Origin: a virus
Taxonomy: Duplodnaviria > Caudoviricetes
Direction: 5' to 3' (one strand)
IMG/VR virus record: IMGVR_UViG_3300044953_000632
Location: 1 to 56,675 of that record
Length of the DNA stretch: 56,675 nucleotides
Part shown: piece after piece, positions 25,343 to 33,932 of the stretch
How the letters are laid out: every line of letters starts with the position of its first letter
How positions within the stretch are numbered: position 1 is the stretch's first letter
Program-made: the position numbers and the translations under genes
The notes under the pieces: model-generated
Told to the model about the DNA's origin: nothing
Databases searched by the model: none
The model's input: the letters and a program-made list of their open reading frames with translations, nothing else

Positions 25343-27862
25343 TTAGGAGGGCAGATGTATAGTGATTATGTCTCCAACCCCTAGGTTGTAGTTTATCAAT
25401 ATGCTTTTGCTTGTCGCGTAAGTGACTTGCCTCACTCCTGAAACGCTAGCCATCTTAACAAGCCTCTCGTTGTTTAAGTACACCTGGCAATATGGATTTA
25501 CCACAAAGTTTGTTGGCACCAATACTTTTGTTTTATCGCTTGCCGATTCATAGATCAAGTTTGCCGAAGCGCTCTGGTATATTAGGGCGCTGTCATATAT
25601 CGATAGAATTATGCTCGCACCAGCTTCCCAACCTATTGGAAGAGATGTGATTCTGAAACTGACTTCGATTTTGGGTTTGACGACATCATCCACATATTGT
25701 TTGTTTGCAACATCGGTTATTGACAATGGATATGCAACGTTTTGAATTCTATTTAAATGGGCATTGATGCCGTTTGAGCTGGCAGATATAACGCTATTGC
25801 CATTCACTATCATGGCCAAAGACTGCAGCTTGTTTTGCCCAATGCCTGTCATATTGTCTCCGGCAAAAGAGTACGTGGGCACTCCGGAGGCGCCAAGATC
25901 AGATGAATACGAGCTTATGCTGTTGGTTAGCCTGATTAGTGGAGCGTTGTTTATGTTAGATCTTCCAGTAAGAATATTAGTTGTGGCGTTTACCTCAAGC
26001 ACCTTTGTCCCGTTTGCTGAAAATCCTATCCTCTTGTCGACGTCGACTCCTGCATAAACCCCCAGGCCATTGCTGTTTATCATAGGGTTGCTTGGAGTTG
26101 TGTTAGAGTTCACCCTGAGGCCTGCGCTCAAAGCAGTGGATCCATCTGACTTGACTATATTGGAAGTCAGCGACTCAACGCTTACCCACTTCGACTCTCC
26201 GTTTATGTACTGAAGGACCCCGTTTGCCAGTTCATTGTCCGGTAGGTTGAATACTGTGTTGTTGGAGGTGGCAGGTACCTTTATGGTGACTGATCCGCCA
26301 CTGGACGAATTGAGCTTGAATGTAGCAGGTTCTGATATAGAACCTATTTCTAGCTTGCCTCCGAAGTATTTAGCATTGCTCTCAACATAAAGTCCCGTAG
26401 AACTATCCACTGTCGGCATGGCGCCAGGGGTATTGCCTATAGGAATTCTAGCGTCCACATACTGTTTGTTTGCGGCATCCAAGGCCTCTGACGGTGTCGC
26501 TACATTTGAAAGCTTGTTGCCCTTTAGGCTGACTTTCTTGTCGGAGAACTCCATTATAGGAGTCCCCTTTACTGATACGGCCATGGCATTGATATCGGAT
26601 CTGTACAGGCCCAGCCCTTCAGCTTCGTTAAACGTGTAGGTGGGTTTTACCGGATTGTTTATAGCTGCCTGGGTATCGAGGAGTATCTTTGCCGTACCGG
26701 TAGATCCAACCAAGGCTGAAGATATGCCTTCGTTGGATATTTTTGTTACAGCTTCGCCAAATACAACAAACTTCAACGATTCTGATGTTGACACTAAACC
26801 CACAGAGCCAATATTTAGCGAAGGCTTGGATTCAAATCCAGAGCTTACACTGAGTGTGGCCGCTGGCTGCAGAACAAAGTCCTTTGCATCTTCGGTATTT
26901 ACCGTTTGAGAAATGGCCTGGGGGTTTATGTATCTTTTTCCTGTAGACGAAATTAGCACTATGTTTTGCTGGGCGTCGTCGTACCATAAAGATCCTATGG
27001 GGTTGCTTACAGGATCTATTGACGATGCTGGAGGAAGGCTAAATCCAGCGTACATTCTCATGTACGGCACGTCTACATCCTCAATGGTGAATATAAGACG
27101 ACCTGACATCTTGAAAAAAGATGCCGGATTTTCAGATACGGAAACATCCGTGTATCCGACCTCAAATTTAGAGCCGAACTGTATGTTTGCGGACAGGTAG
27201 TTAGTTGTCTGCAAATATAGAGGGCGACCTTCCGACAGCTTAAACTTATTGTCAGATGTATCTAGGAATATTGGCTGCGGTAAATCCTGAAACTCCAAAT
27301 TGCCTAGCGCATTGGCTCTCAGTATGTTTCCATTAGTAGGAATGTTGTTTGGAAACGCATATCCAGCTACCCGCAGTAAGTTTATTGAAAAATACCCGCT
27401 GTTTACGTTTATATAACCAGAGTTTGCATTCACATGAAACAGCGTGACGATATGCTTTTCTTGCATATGGCCGGTATTGTCTAGCTGCAAAAATTGAACG
27501 CTATCTCCTGTCAGCCCTCCTGGCATTCCTGCATTTAAAGAATAAGAGTTTAAACTACCATCATTTCCCAGCAGATTTACGAAGTACTGAGAATTTAGTC
27601 TTAGCGGACTACCATTGAGATTGTTCATTATCTGCTGTGCAGATATGAGGTCGTTTACTGTTGTATAGCCTAAGGTGCCATTGCTCTTGATATACAATAC
27701 GTCAGAAGTTTTGCCTAGCGATGTGACTGGAACCGAGTTTGTTACATGGTTCAACGTATAAGTAAAATTAAAATTTAAAGCATCTATTAGTTGATTGTGC
27801 GTGTCGGCTAATTGTAGCTCTGATTTTGTCTTATATTGCGCTAGATTAATAAGTGAAGGCAT
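25343..27862 (-). CDS. Tail fibre/virion structural-like protein
   Basis: 839 aa, S/N/G/T-rich. Duplicated NVAxP...DxANKQYVD and PTYxF motifs are typical of fibre proteins. Confidence 0.65.
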   Translation of the reverse strand: MPSLINLAQYKTKSELQLADTHNQLIDALNFNFTYTLNHVTNSVPVTSLGKTSDVLYIKSNGTLGYTTVNDLISAQQIMNNLNGSPLRLNSQYFVNLLGNDGSLNSYSLNAGMPGGLTGDSVQFLQLDNTGHMQEKHIVTLFHVNANSGYINVNSGYFSINLLRVAGYAFPNNIPTNGNILRANALGNLEFQDLPQPIFLDTSDNKFKLSEGRPLYLQTTNYLSANIQFGSKFEVGYTDVSVSENPASFFKMSGRLIFTIEDVDVPYMRMYAGFSLPPASSIDPVSNPIGSLWYDDAQQNIVLISSTGKRYINPQAISQTVNTEDAKDFVLQPAATLSVSSGFESKPSLNIGSVGLVSTSESLKFVVFGEAVTKISNEGISSALVGSTGTAKILLDTQAAINNPVKPTYTFNEAEGLGLYRSDINAMAVSVKGTPIMEFSDKKVSLKGNKLSNVATPSEALDAANKQYVDARIPIGNTPGAMPTVDSSTGLYVESNAKYFGGKLEIGSISEPATFKLNSSSGGSVTIKVPATSNNTVFNLPDNELANGVLQYINGESKWVSVESLTSNIVKSDGSTALSAGLRVNSNTTPSNPMINSNGLGVYAGVDVDKRIGFSANGTKVLEVNATTNILTGRSNINNAPLIRLTNSISSYSSDLGASGVPTYSFAGDNMTGIGQNKLQSLAMIVNGNSVISASSNGINAHLNRIQNVAYPLSITDVANKQYVDDVVKPKIEVSFRITSLPIGWEAGASIILSIYDSALIYQSASANLIYESASDKTKVLVPTNFVVNPYCQVYLNNERLVKMASVSGVRQVTYATSKSILINYNLGVGDIITIHLPS

Positions 27863-27922
27863 TAGGATATTTTACATGGTTTGAGGTAAAAAAGAATGGG
27901 CGTTGAATTCAACGCTTTTTCA

Positions 27923-28573
27923 TTAATTTATCGCTAACTCTGGAGGAGCCACCCAGGAATTTACTATTGAAGCAAATACATGAGCGGCGATAGTCCTTCC
28001 AATGTTTGCAACTTCTTTTCCATACGAAACTTGGTCTAGCTCAGAGCCGCAGTCAGCGTGAGATCCACATGTGTATTTAAGAACATTTCCTAGACCCTCT
28101 TGGGTAAATCCCGTGAAGTAAATCTCTTTGCAGGAATTTTCTAAGAATTTGCACAAATGCTGTTTTGTGCCAAGCGTCATAGGCTCGCAGCACACGAGCA
28201 CAGTATTGCCTTTGATCTTCGACGACAGTTTTTGAATTAGTTCTTCGTCGAGCAGTTTGTGCTGAGAGAATTTTATGTTATAGAAGGCTTCACTCATTGC
28301 CTCCATTACGGCCTGAGTTTTCGGCATTCCGAGATCCAGATCTCCAAACCCCTGTTCCTGGCTCTTTGCTCCGGCGCTTACTATCTTGTCGTCTACAAGG
28401 GTTATGCTTTCTGTTCCTAGCGCTGCCAGCATACCAACTAGACTTCTTCCTATTGAATTCATTCCTACGATTACAAACTCAATTTTATCGTTTGATACAG
28501 TTATTTTAGCCCGACTCATGATGTGATATCTTTTTTGTTTTAGATTGTCTAAAACATTATTTATTTTGTTCAA
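27923..28573 (-). CDS. Degenerate ThiF/MoeB (E1-like) adenylation-fold protein
   Basis: FVIVGMNSIG...ITLVDDKIV...QGF...DLGMPK follows the ThiF pattern; the NLxRQ motif is lost. Confidence 0.65.
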   Translation of the reverse strand: MNKINNVLDNLKQKRYHIMSRAKITVSNDKIEFVIVGMNSIGRSLVGMLAALGTESITLVDDKIVSAGAKSQEQGFGDLDLGMPKTQAVMEAMSEAFYNIKFSQHKLLDEELIQKLSSKIKGNTVLVCCEPMTLGTKQHLCKFLENSCKEIYFTGFTQEGLGNVLKYTCGSHADCGSELDQVSYGKEVANIGRTIAAHVFASIVNSWVAPPELAIN

Positions 28574-28751
28574 ACAGTTCTTCGGGTATTTCCGATAAGA
28601 AAAAACCGTATTCGTCTACTTTATCTATGATTGGTGACATTTGATAAAGTTGAAAATCTATATCATCTAAATTAGCGTGTTTAAACAATTTTTTCATTTT
28701 GAGGTAACTCATACTGCGGAAGGTCGTTATATTCGGTTGGCCAAAGTCCAC
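28557..28751 (-). CDS. Small hypothetical protein
   Basis: 64-aa ORF (likely start MKKLFK) bridging its neighbours. Confidence 0.45.
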   Translation of the reverse strand: MDFGQPNITTFRSMSYLKMKKLFKHANLDDIDFQLYQMSPIIDKVDEYGFFLSEIPEELFEQNK

Positions 28752-29241
28752 GGCGAATCATCTCCTGTCCATGCATGATTGCATCAATATTAAAAGCACA
28801 ATGTGCCAAATGATCTTCGTCAGTGGCTCCCATGAGAAACTGTACGAAGTGTCTATTGGCCGAAGCCACAAATACGCTTAGTGGCATTCCCTTTTCCCAG
28901 TTTCTCACACCGTATTTTTGAGCGCCCAGCTCCATAACTTTACCTCTTCTGATCGTTGCAAATGGCGACAGTAAGTCTGGCCTAGGCTTTCCAAAAGCTG
29001 AATCTCTGTGAGCACCAGTTTCAAACATCCTGTTGTCGGAATTAAACTCAAATCCGTATTTGTTTTTATCGTTAGGGGTTTTAACTTTGCTTTGTTCTTT
29101 AAGTATTTTTGACGTTGATCCTAGCATCCTGCCATCTCCTTGGCCAAGATCTAGAATTCTTCCGGAAAGTGCAAAGTTAGCCGGCGGCGGCTCCGTTGGC
29201 TCTTGATAGTTCGAGGACGTAGGTTTTAAGTTTGTTGTCAT
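28681..29241 (-). CDS. dATP/dGTP diphosphohydrolase domain protein (DUF5664-like)
   Basis: FETGAHRD..GKPRPDLLSP, GAQKYGVRNWEKGMP, SANRH and EDHLAH signature. Confidence 0.8.
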   Translation of the reverse strand: MTTNLKPTSSNYQEPTEPPPANFALSGRILDLGQGDGRMLGSTSKILKEQSKVKTPNDKNKYGFEFNSDNRMFETGAHRDSAFGKPRPDLLSPFATIRRGKVMELGAQKYGVRNWEKGMPLSVFVASANRHFVQFLMGATDEDHLAHCAFNIDAIMHGQEMIRRGLWPTEYNDLPQYELPQNEKIV

Positions 29242-29656
29242 AGATGTAGTATCCCATATGTGGAAACTTTTTGATCAATCCTTTAATTGACTTGTTGGCT
29301 AGTTTAGCCGCTTCATCAAGCGTGTCAAAATCTTTCACCAATATTCCACTATTTTTTACGTTGTACTTTCCAACAATAAGGAGAAACCTCTTTTGATTTT
29401 TTGGCTTTACGTACTTTATCTCTATTTGTGTAGGAGAAAACATGTACGGTTTGGACTTTTGCTTGGTCTCTTGCTCTTTCTTCCTTTTGGCCCATGTTTT
29501 TAGAAACGATACAGGCTTAAGTTCGTACATAGCGTTTTTATGTACCGTCTCCTCCATGATGACTCTTTTGATTTCTTTTTTACTATTTACATACGGTTCT
29601 TCACCATCCATCATTATTGAATCTAAATCCGGTATGTATATGATGTATTTTTCCAT
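29177..29656 (-). CDS. Basic hypothetical protein
   Basis: 159-aa ORF. Confidence 0.65.
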   Translation of the reverse strand: MEKYIIYIPDLDSIMMDGEEPYVNSKKEIKRVIMEETVHKNAMYELKPVSFLKTWAKRKKEQETKQKSKPYMFSPTQIEIKYVKPKNQKRFLLIVGKYNVKNSGILVKDFDTLDEAAKLANKSIKGLIKKFPHMGYYIYDNKLKTYVLELSRANGAAAG

Positions 29657-29889
29657 TATAAGAAATCTCTTAGGGGTGCAACAAATATATTGTTTACCGT
29701 AAGATTAGGATAAACTTTATTTAACAATATTACTGCGTCTGACTTTCTTTCATAAGCCAGCTCCATATTGTTAAATATAAATTCAGGATGCCGAAGGTAA
29801 TCCACTAGAAATCCCTTTTGTTCATAAGCCAGAACCCACTTGTCTTGATATTTTTTGTGGTTCTGTTCCATTAAATTCAACCCCGTCAA
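29656..29889 (-). CDS. Hypothetical protein
   Basis: 77-aa ORF. Confidence 0.6.
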   Translation of the reverse strand: MTGLNLMEQNHKKYQDKWVLAYEQKGFLVDYLRHPEFIFNNMELAYERKSDAVILLNKVYPNLTVNNIFVAPLRDFL

Positions 29890-30364
29890 TATTCTTCAGG
29901 ATTGTTTTACATTTTTCTTTTAACTGTTCAAGTCTAATTTTGTCTACAAGTACATTACATCCTTGTTGCTTTGCCGATACTTGAAGTTTGCATACATCAT
30001 ACATTAAATCTACTATTTCGCGAAAGTAAATTTTCTTAGGGTCGTTGCTAAGAATTTGATTTTTAAACGCAGAAGGACCTAAATGGATGTCTAGTATGGA
30101 TATGCCGGTGACGGTCGGAGCGTCCAACCATCCGCATATTTCATCATATACGCAGTTCTCCAAAGTGTGCTTAGCGGGGTTTTTACTTATTGCCAGGGGG
30201 CCTTGACATTTTGGTGCGTATTCTTTCAGTATGTAATGGTTGAATACAGACACATCAGTTATGGCGGCGCGTATTGTAAATTCCAACGCATCCCTCAATA
30301 GTACTCTTTGTGGTATATCGTCACTCATTGTTTTATTTTTCTTTTTGATGGAGTTTTTATCCAT
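29822..30364 (-). CDS. Hypothetical protein
   Basis: 180-aa ORF. Confidence 0.65.
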   Translation of the reverse strand: MDKNSIKKKNKTMSDDIPQRVLLRDALEFTIRAAITDVSVFNHYILKEYAPKCQGPLAISKNPAKHTLENCVYDEICGWLDAPTVTGISILDIHLGPSAFKNQILSNDPKKIYFREIVDLMYDVCKLQVSAKQQGCNVLVDKIRLEQLKEKCKTILKNIDGVEFNGTEPQKISRQVGSGL

Positions 30365-30696
30365 TGAGATTCGTTCTCCACCTTAAGCTTAAATCCAATT
30401 ACCTCCAAAGGCAGTGTATCAATGGCCACTTCTATATGTTGAATTTTATCAGCATTTGAACTGAGTAAATTAGCGGCGCTACGATTCACTAGCCACATAT
30501 ACCGGCCGTATCTATCTCCGTAGTTCCATATGTAGTCTCTGTTGTTGTGTGCTTCTGCCACCGTATTAAATGGACCAAGCAGGTGAACTTTTGCCCTCTT
30601 ATCTAAGTCTAACAACCACATGCTAGGATATATGTATTTTAGCTCGTCTTTTAACTTACTTACGACTTCATACTCTAGTAGTGTTCTGTACTTCAT
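30325..30696 (-). CDS. Hypothetical protein
   Basis: 123 aa, ATGA overlap. Confidence 0.65.
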   Translation of the reverse strand: MKYRTLLEYEVVSKLKDELKYIYPSMWLLDLDKRAKVHLLGPFNTVAEAHNNRDYIWNYGDRYGRYMWLVNRSAANLLSSNADKIQHIEVAIDTLPLEVIGFKLKVENESQWIKTPSKRKIKQ

Positions 30697-31214
30697 TTAT
30701 TGCCTGCAATCATCTCCAAAAATCCTTCAAAGGTATCTATGACTACCCCGCCATTTCCCGAAGATGAAGATCGAACCAGCCTAAAGTACCCATTGGGCAT
30801 ACAGGTTGAGGTACCGGTATGTATTACCATGTCTTGACCTACGACTGAATTGTAGAATATCATGGCTGCTATCTGCCCCTTGGGACAAACCGCCACCTTT
30901 TCAGCAAACTCCTGCCAAAGGGGATGTTTGGCTAGCTTGGTAGGAGATCCGAGAAGATCGTTTATGCTCCAATTCTGTAGCCTATGAGTGGTTATCCAAA
31001 AGTGTCCTAACAAATCTTGGAGCTCGGCTAGAGGCTCACTGCTCGCCTCTAGCCGTTGCTTCCAGGCGTCAAGTTCAGGGCTTTCTTTTTCAAAAAGTCT
31101 GGTGACAAGTTTTTTGCATATTTTGTTTTCGTAAGCGCTTTGGCGGTTGGTTTCCTGCTTTGCGCAATAATCTGAAAAGCTGTCAAAAAACCCTAACTCT
31201 TGACGTTTTTTCAT
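30693..31214 (-). CDS. Hypothetical protein coupled to recA
   Basis: 173 aa, ATGA overlap. Confidence 0.7.
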   Translation of the reverse strand: MKKRQELGFFDSFSDYCAKQETNRQSAYENKICKKLVTRLFEKESPELDAWKQRLEASSEPLAELQDLLGHFWITTHRLQNWSINDLLGSPTKLAKHPLWQEFAEKVAVCPKGQIAAMIFYNSVVGQDMVIHTGTSTCMPNGYFRLVRSSSSGNGGVVIDTFEGFLEMIAGNK

Positions 31215-32455
31215 TTCGATACCTCTTGCTGTTGAAGTTGTTCTGCTAGCTGTTTGGCTACAGGATACGCTGTCTTTTCATAGACGTTTTTGTTTTGTAT
31301 GTCCAATCCTGGCCATACCTTCATGCGGTTAATGCCCAAAGCGTCTGAAATTCTTTCTCTGAGGCTTACGTTGGATCTAATGGCTTCGCCCATCTCAGTG
31401 TCCGTGACAGCGACTAGATCCAGCTCCTTGCAGCTGTATTTGTTGCTGTTGATCGTCACATTAATAATGTCCTTTAGGCGATTCTTGACTCCCGTAGGAC
31501 TATCATCGGTCAAGAGCAGGGCCGTTGCCGCATCCCAGTCAAACCAGCATTCGCTGATTTGTCCGTTCTCGTCACCTCTCCAGCGGTATGGAATTTCAAT
31601 GTTGCGTTTGCTGGCGCCCATTGAATTTTTGTTTACCGTTATTTTTAACAGCTTTTCGGTAAACCCTCTGGTTGCTTTGAAGACAGGGGTGCCCTTGACC
31701 ACCGAAAACCACAGGTCCAGAACTGCATGATAATCCTGACCAGTGCCGCCAGGTTTGCGCTTGGCGCCCTGGATCGGGCTGTTCGGATCGTCAGACAGGT
31801 GGTTGATGTACACCAAGGCGTAAGGCTTCATGTACAAGTGCTTGTTCACATGTCGGAAGAACTCGTTGTGAGACTTGCACTTGATCATGCCGCCGGTATT
31901 GCGAGGATTGATGCCGCCCTCCTTTTCGATTCTTGCATCAGTCTCCTTAGTATCAACGCCTCCCAGCGAGTCGATGATGAACATGATCGGTCTATTCTGC
32001 ATCGAAGGATTTTGCGAGGCAAACTTCAAGGATTCTAAGATCTGTTCCTGCCACTGCTCGGTGGAAAAGGCGGGATACTCCAAAGTCTTTTGGGTATTGA
32101 TTTCTCCTACCACCGCTCGGTACAGCGTTGCGGATTTTTTGTTTTCGGTGTCTACGTACACACATAGACCTCCAAAGTCCATCCACAGCTTTGCCAGAGT
32201 CATGGCAAACGCTGATTTGCAGCTCTCCTTCATCCCTGCTACTCCGACGATTCTGCTCATTTGGTAGCAGGTGTTGTCAACTAGCCATCTATAGGATATG
32301 TAATCGCACGGCAGACCCCAGATCCTGTTTGCAAGGTCCGAGGCCAGGCACACCTGACTCCCGGAAGCCCTCATGGCGTGAGCCATGAGGGCCTTGATCC
32401 CAGGATCCATCTCCGATTCGTTGATGCTATTTTCTTCTTTTTTCTTTTTGGTCAT
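31211..32455 (-). CDS. recA: RecA/UvsX-like recombinase
   Basis: P-loop GMKESCKS, YVDTE, IIDSL, INHL, PGG and TVNKN motifs. Confidence 0.8.
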   Translation of the reverse strand: MTKKKKEENSINESEMDPGIKALMAHAMRASGSQVCLASDLANRIWGLPCDYISYRWLVDNTCYQMSRIVGVAGMKESCKSAFAMTLAKLWMDFGGLCVYVDTENKKSATLYRAVVGEINTQKTLEYPAFSTEQWQEQILESLKFASQNPSMQNRPIMFIIDSLGGVDTKETDARIEKEGGINPRNTGGMIKCKSHNEFFRHVNKHLYMKPYALVYINHLSDDPNSPIQGAKRKPGGTGQDYHAVLDLWFSVVKGTPVFKATRGFTEKLLKITVNKNSMGASKRNIEIPYRWRGDENGQISECWFDWDAATALLLTDDSPTGVKNRLKDIINVTINSNKYSCKELDLVAVTDTEMGEAIRSNVSLRERISDALGINRMKVWPGLDIQNKNVYEKTAYPVAKQLAEQLQQQEVSK

Positions 32456-32462
32456 TGTTTAC

Positions 32463-33890
32463 TCACTTATTGGTGTTGCTCTGAAGCTTGTTCATTAAGG
32501 CTTTCATTTGTGAGGATAGATCAAGCTCCCCTGTAGGGGGAGCTGCGGGTACTGCAAGTCCAGCTACTCTTCTAGCAGCACCACTAACTGCTGCAGGAAC
32601 CGGAGGGACCGGATTTGTGATAGGCGCCACTGGTAGTGGCATTACCGGTACCGGCGCTGCAGAAACCGATCTAGCCGCTGGAATGGCTGGAGCCGGGGCA
32701 TAGACAGGGGCAGGAACATTCTGATCCTGTGCAGCAACTGGCGAGATGTGCATTGACACCTTGTTGCTGCCGTCAGAGATAATGCCAGCCTCCACCATCG
32801 CCCATTCGTCTCCTGGGAACAGCTCAAGCAGCCATTGAATCTGCAGCTTTTCGTTGTTCTCCAGGATATAGTCGCTGAACGGGCGAACTTTCTTCAGAAT
32901 CTCGTCAGGCAGCATGTAGTGCTGACCGAAGCGATTAGAAAGGTTTTGGACTGAGCAGGCGTAAGTAGCAATACCTGCAGGACCAGATGGATAAGAGGAG
33001 AACGTGACCAGCTTTTGGTTTAGGGCAAAGTCCGCATGTCGAAACCCTGCCTCCCAGTTCATCTGTGCACTTTCGCTTTCAGATACATCGCCAAAGTGGT
33101 TAACGATGTACTCGGGGTCCATTCCAATTCCGTCAGTTCGTTCGAACCATACGTCGTAGAAGCCCTCCTTAGTTCTAGCATCCTCACGAGACTTCATCGC
33201 AGACAGCTGATTGATCAGCAGGATTTTGTGACGAGGCCAACATGGCTGACCTTCCTCGTCCATCGTATAATTGATTCCGGCGTTGTTCATCACGAAGCCC
33301 TGCAGGAACATGGTTCGGACACCTTTTCCCAAAGGGGCATTCATATCGTTTCCGTCGATTGGAACCAGTTCATGCGCTCTCTTGTACTTTGCGGTTGATG
33401 TATCAACATTCGTAATGCTAGGCACCGATCGACGCAGGATCTTGTCGTACTTATGTCCGCCACCGATCTTCCACAGGTACTCTCGGAGCTTGTACATCGG
33501 GCTCATATAGCCCTTGCCCCACTCTCTCTCGGTCTGCACGATCATGCCGTCAGGCCCCTCGATCATGTTGATGGCGAGGATGTCCTTGCGCTTCTTGTAA
33601 TCTGAATCGTTGCCGACCTTGCGGTAGACCGTGACCCAATCAATACCGTACTGTCCCAGGGTTGGAACCACGCCTCTGGTGGAATCCTGTCGGAAACCGC
33701 CGCTGGTCATGGCAGTGCTGGCTCCGTAGCTGGGATGTGGAGGCACTAAGATAAACTCGCAGGGAGCTTTGTTCGAGATGTATCCCATCGACGGAGCGTC
33801 GTCATTGAAGATTTTTTGGTAATCAGAGCTACGCGATCCGACATTATTCTTGCTGTCTTCGTATACAGCTTTATTGAAATCGAATGACAT
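32463..33890 (-). CDS. Putative ssDNA-binding or recombination protein with Pro/Ala-rich tail
   Basis: 475 aa, between the polymerase and recA; function inferred from position only. Confidence 0.45.
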   Translation of the reverse strand: MSFDFNKAVYEDSKNNVGSRSSDYQKIFNDDAPSMGYISNKAPCEFILVPPHPSYGASTAMTSGGFRQDSTRGVVPTLGQYGIDWVTVYRKVGNDSDYKKRKDILAINMIEGPDGMIVQTEREWGKGYMSPMYKLREYLWKIGGGHKYDKILRRSVPSITNVDTSTAKYKRAHELVPIDGNDMNAPLGKGVRTMFLQGFVMNNAGINYTMDEEGQPCWPRHKILLINQLSAMKSREDARTKEGFYDVWFERTDGIGMDPEYIVNHFGDVSESESAQMNWEAGFRHADFALNQKLVTFSSYPSGPAGIATYACSVQNLSNRFGQHYMLPDEILKKVRPFSDYILENNEKLQIQWLLELFPGDEWAMVEAGIISDGSNKVSMHISPVAAQDQNVPAPVYAPAPAIPAARSVSAAPVPVMPLPVAPITNPVPPVPAAVSGAARRVAGLAVPAAPPTGELDLSSQMKALMNKLQSNTNK

Positions 33891-33932
33891 TGTGTTGTGT
33901 TTCCTTTTGCGTTTGTGAATGGGGTTGTTAAA

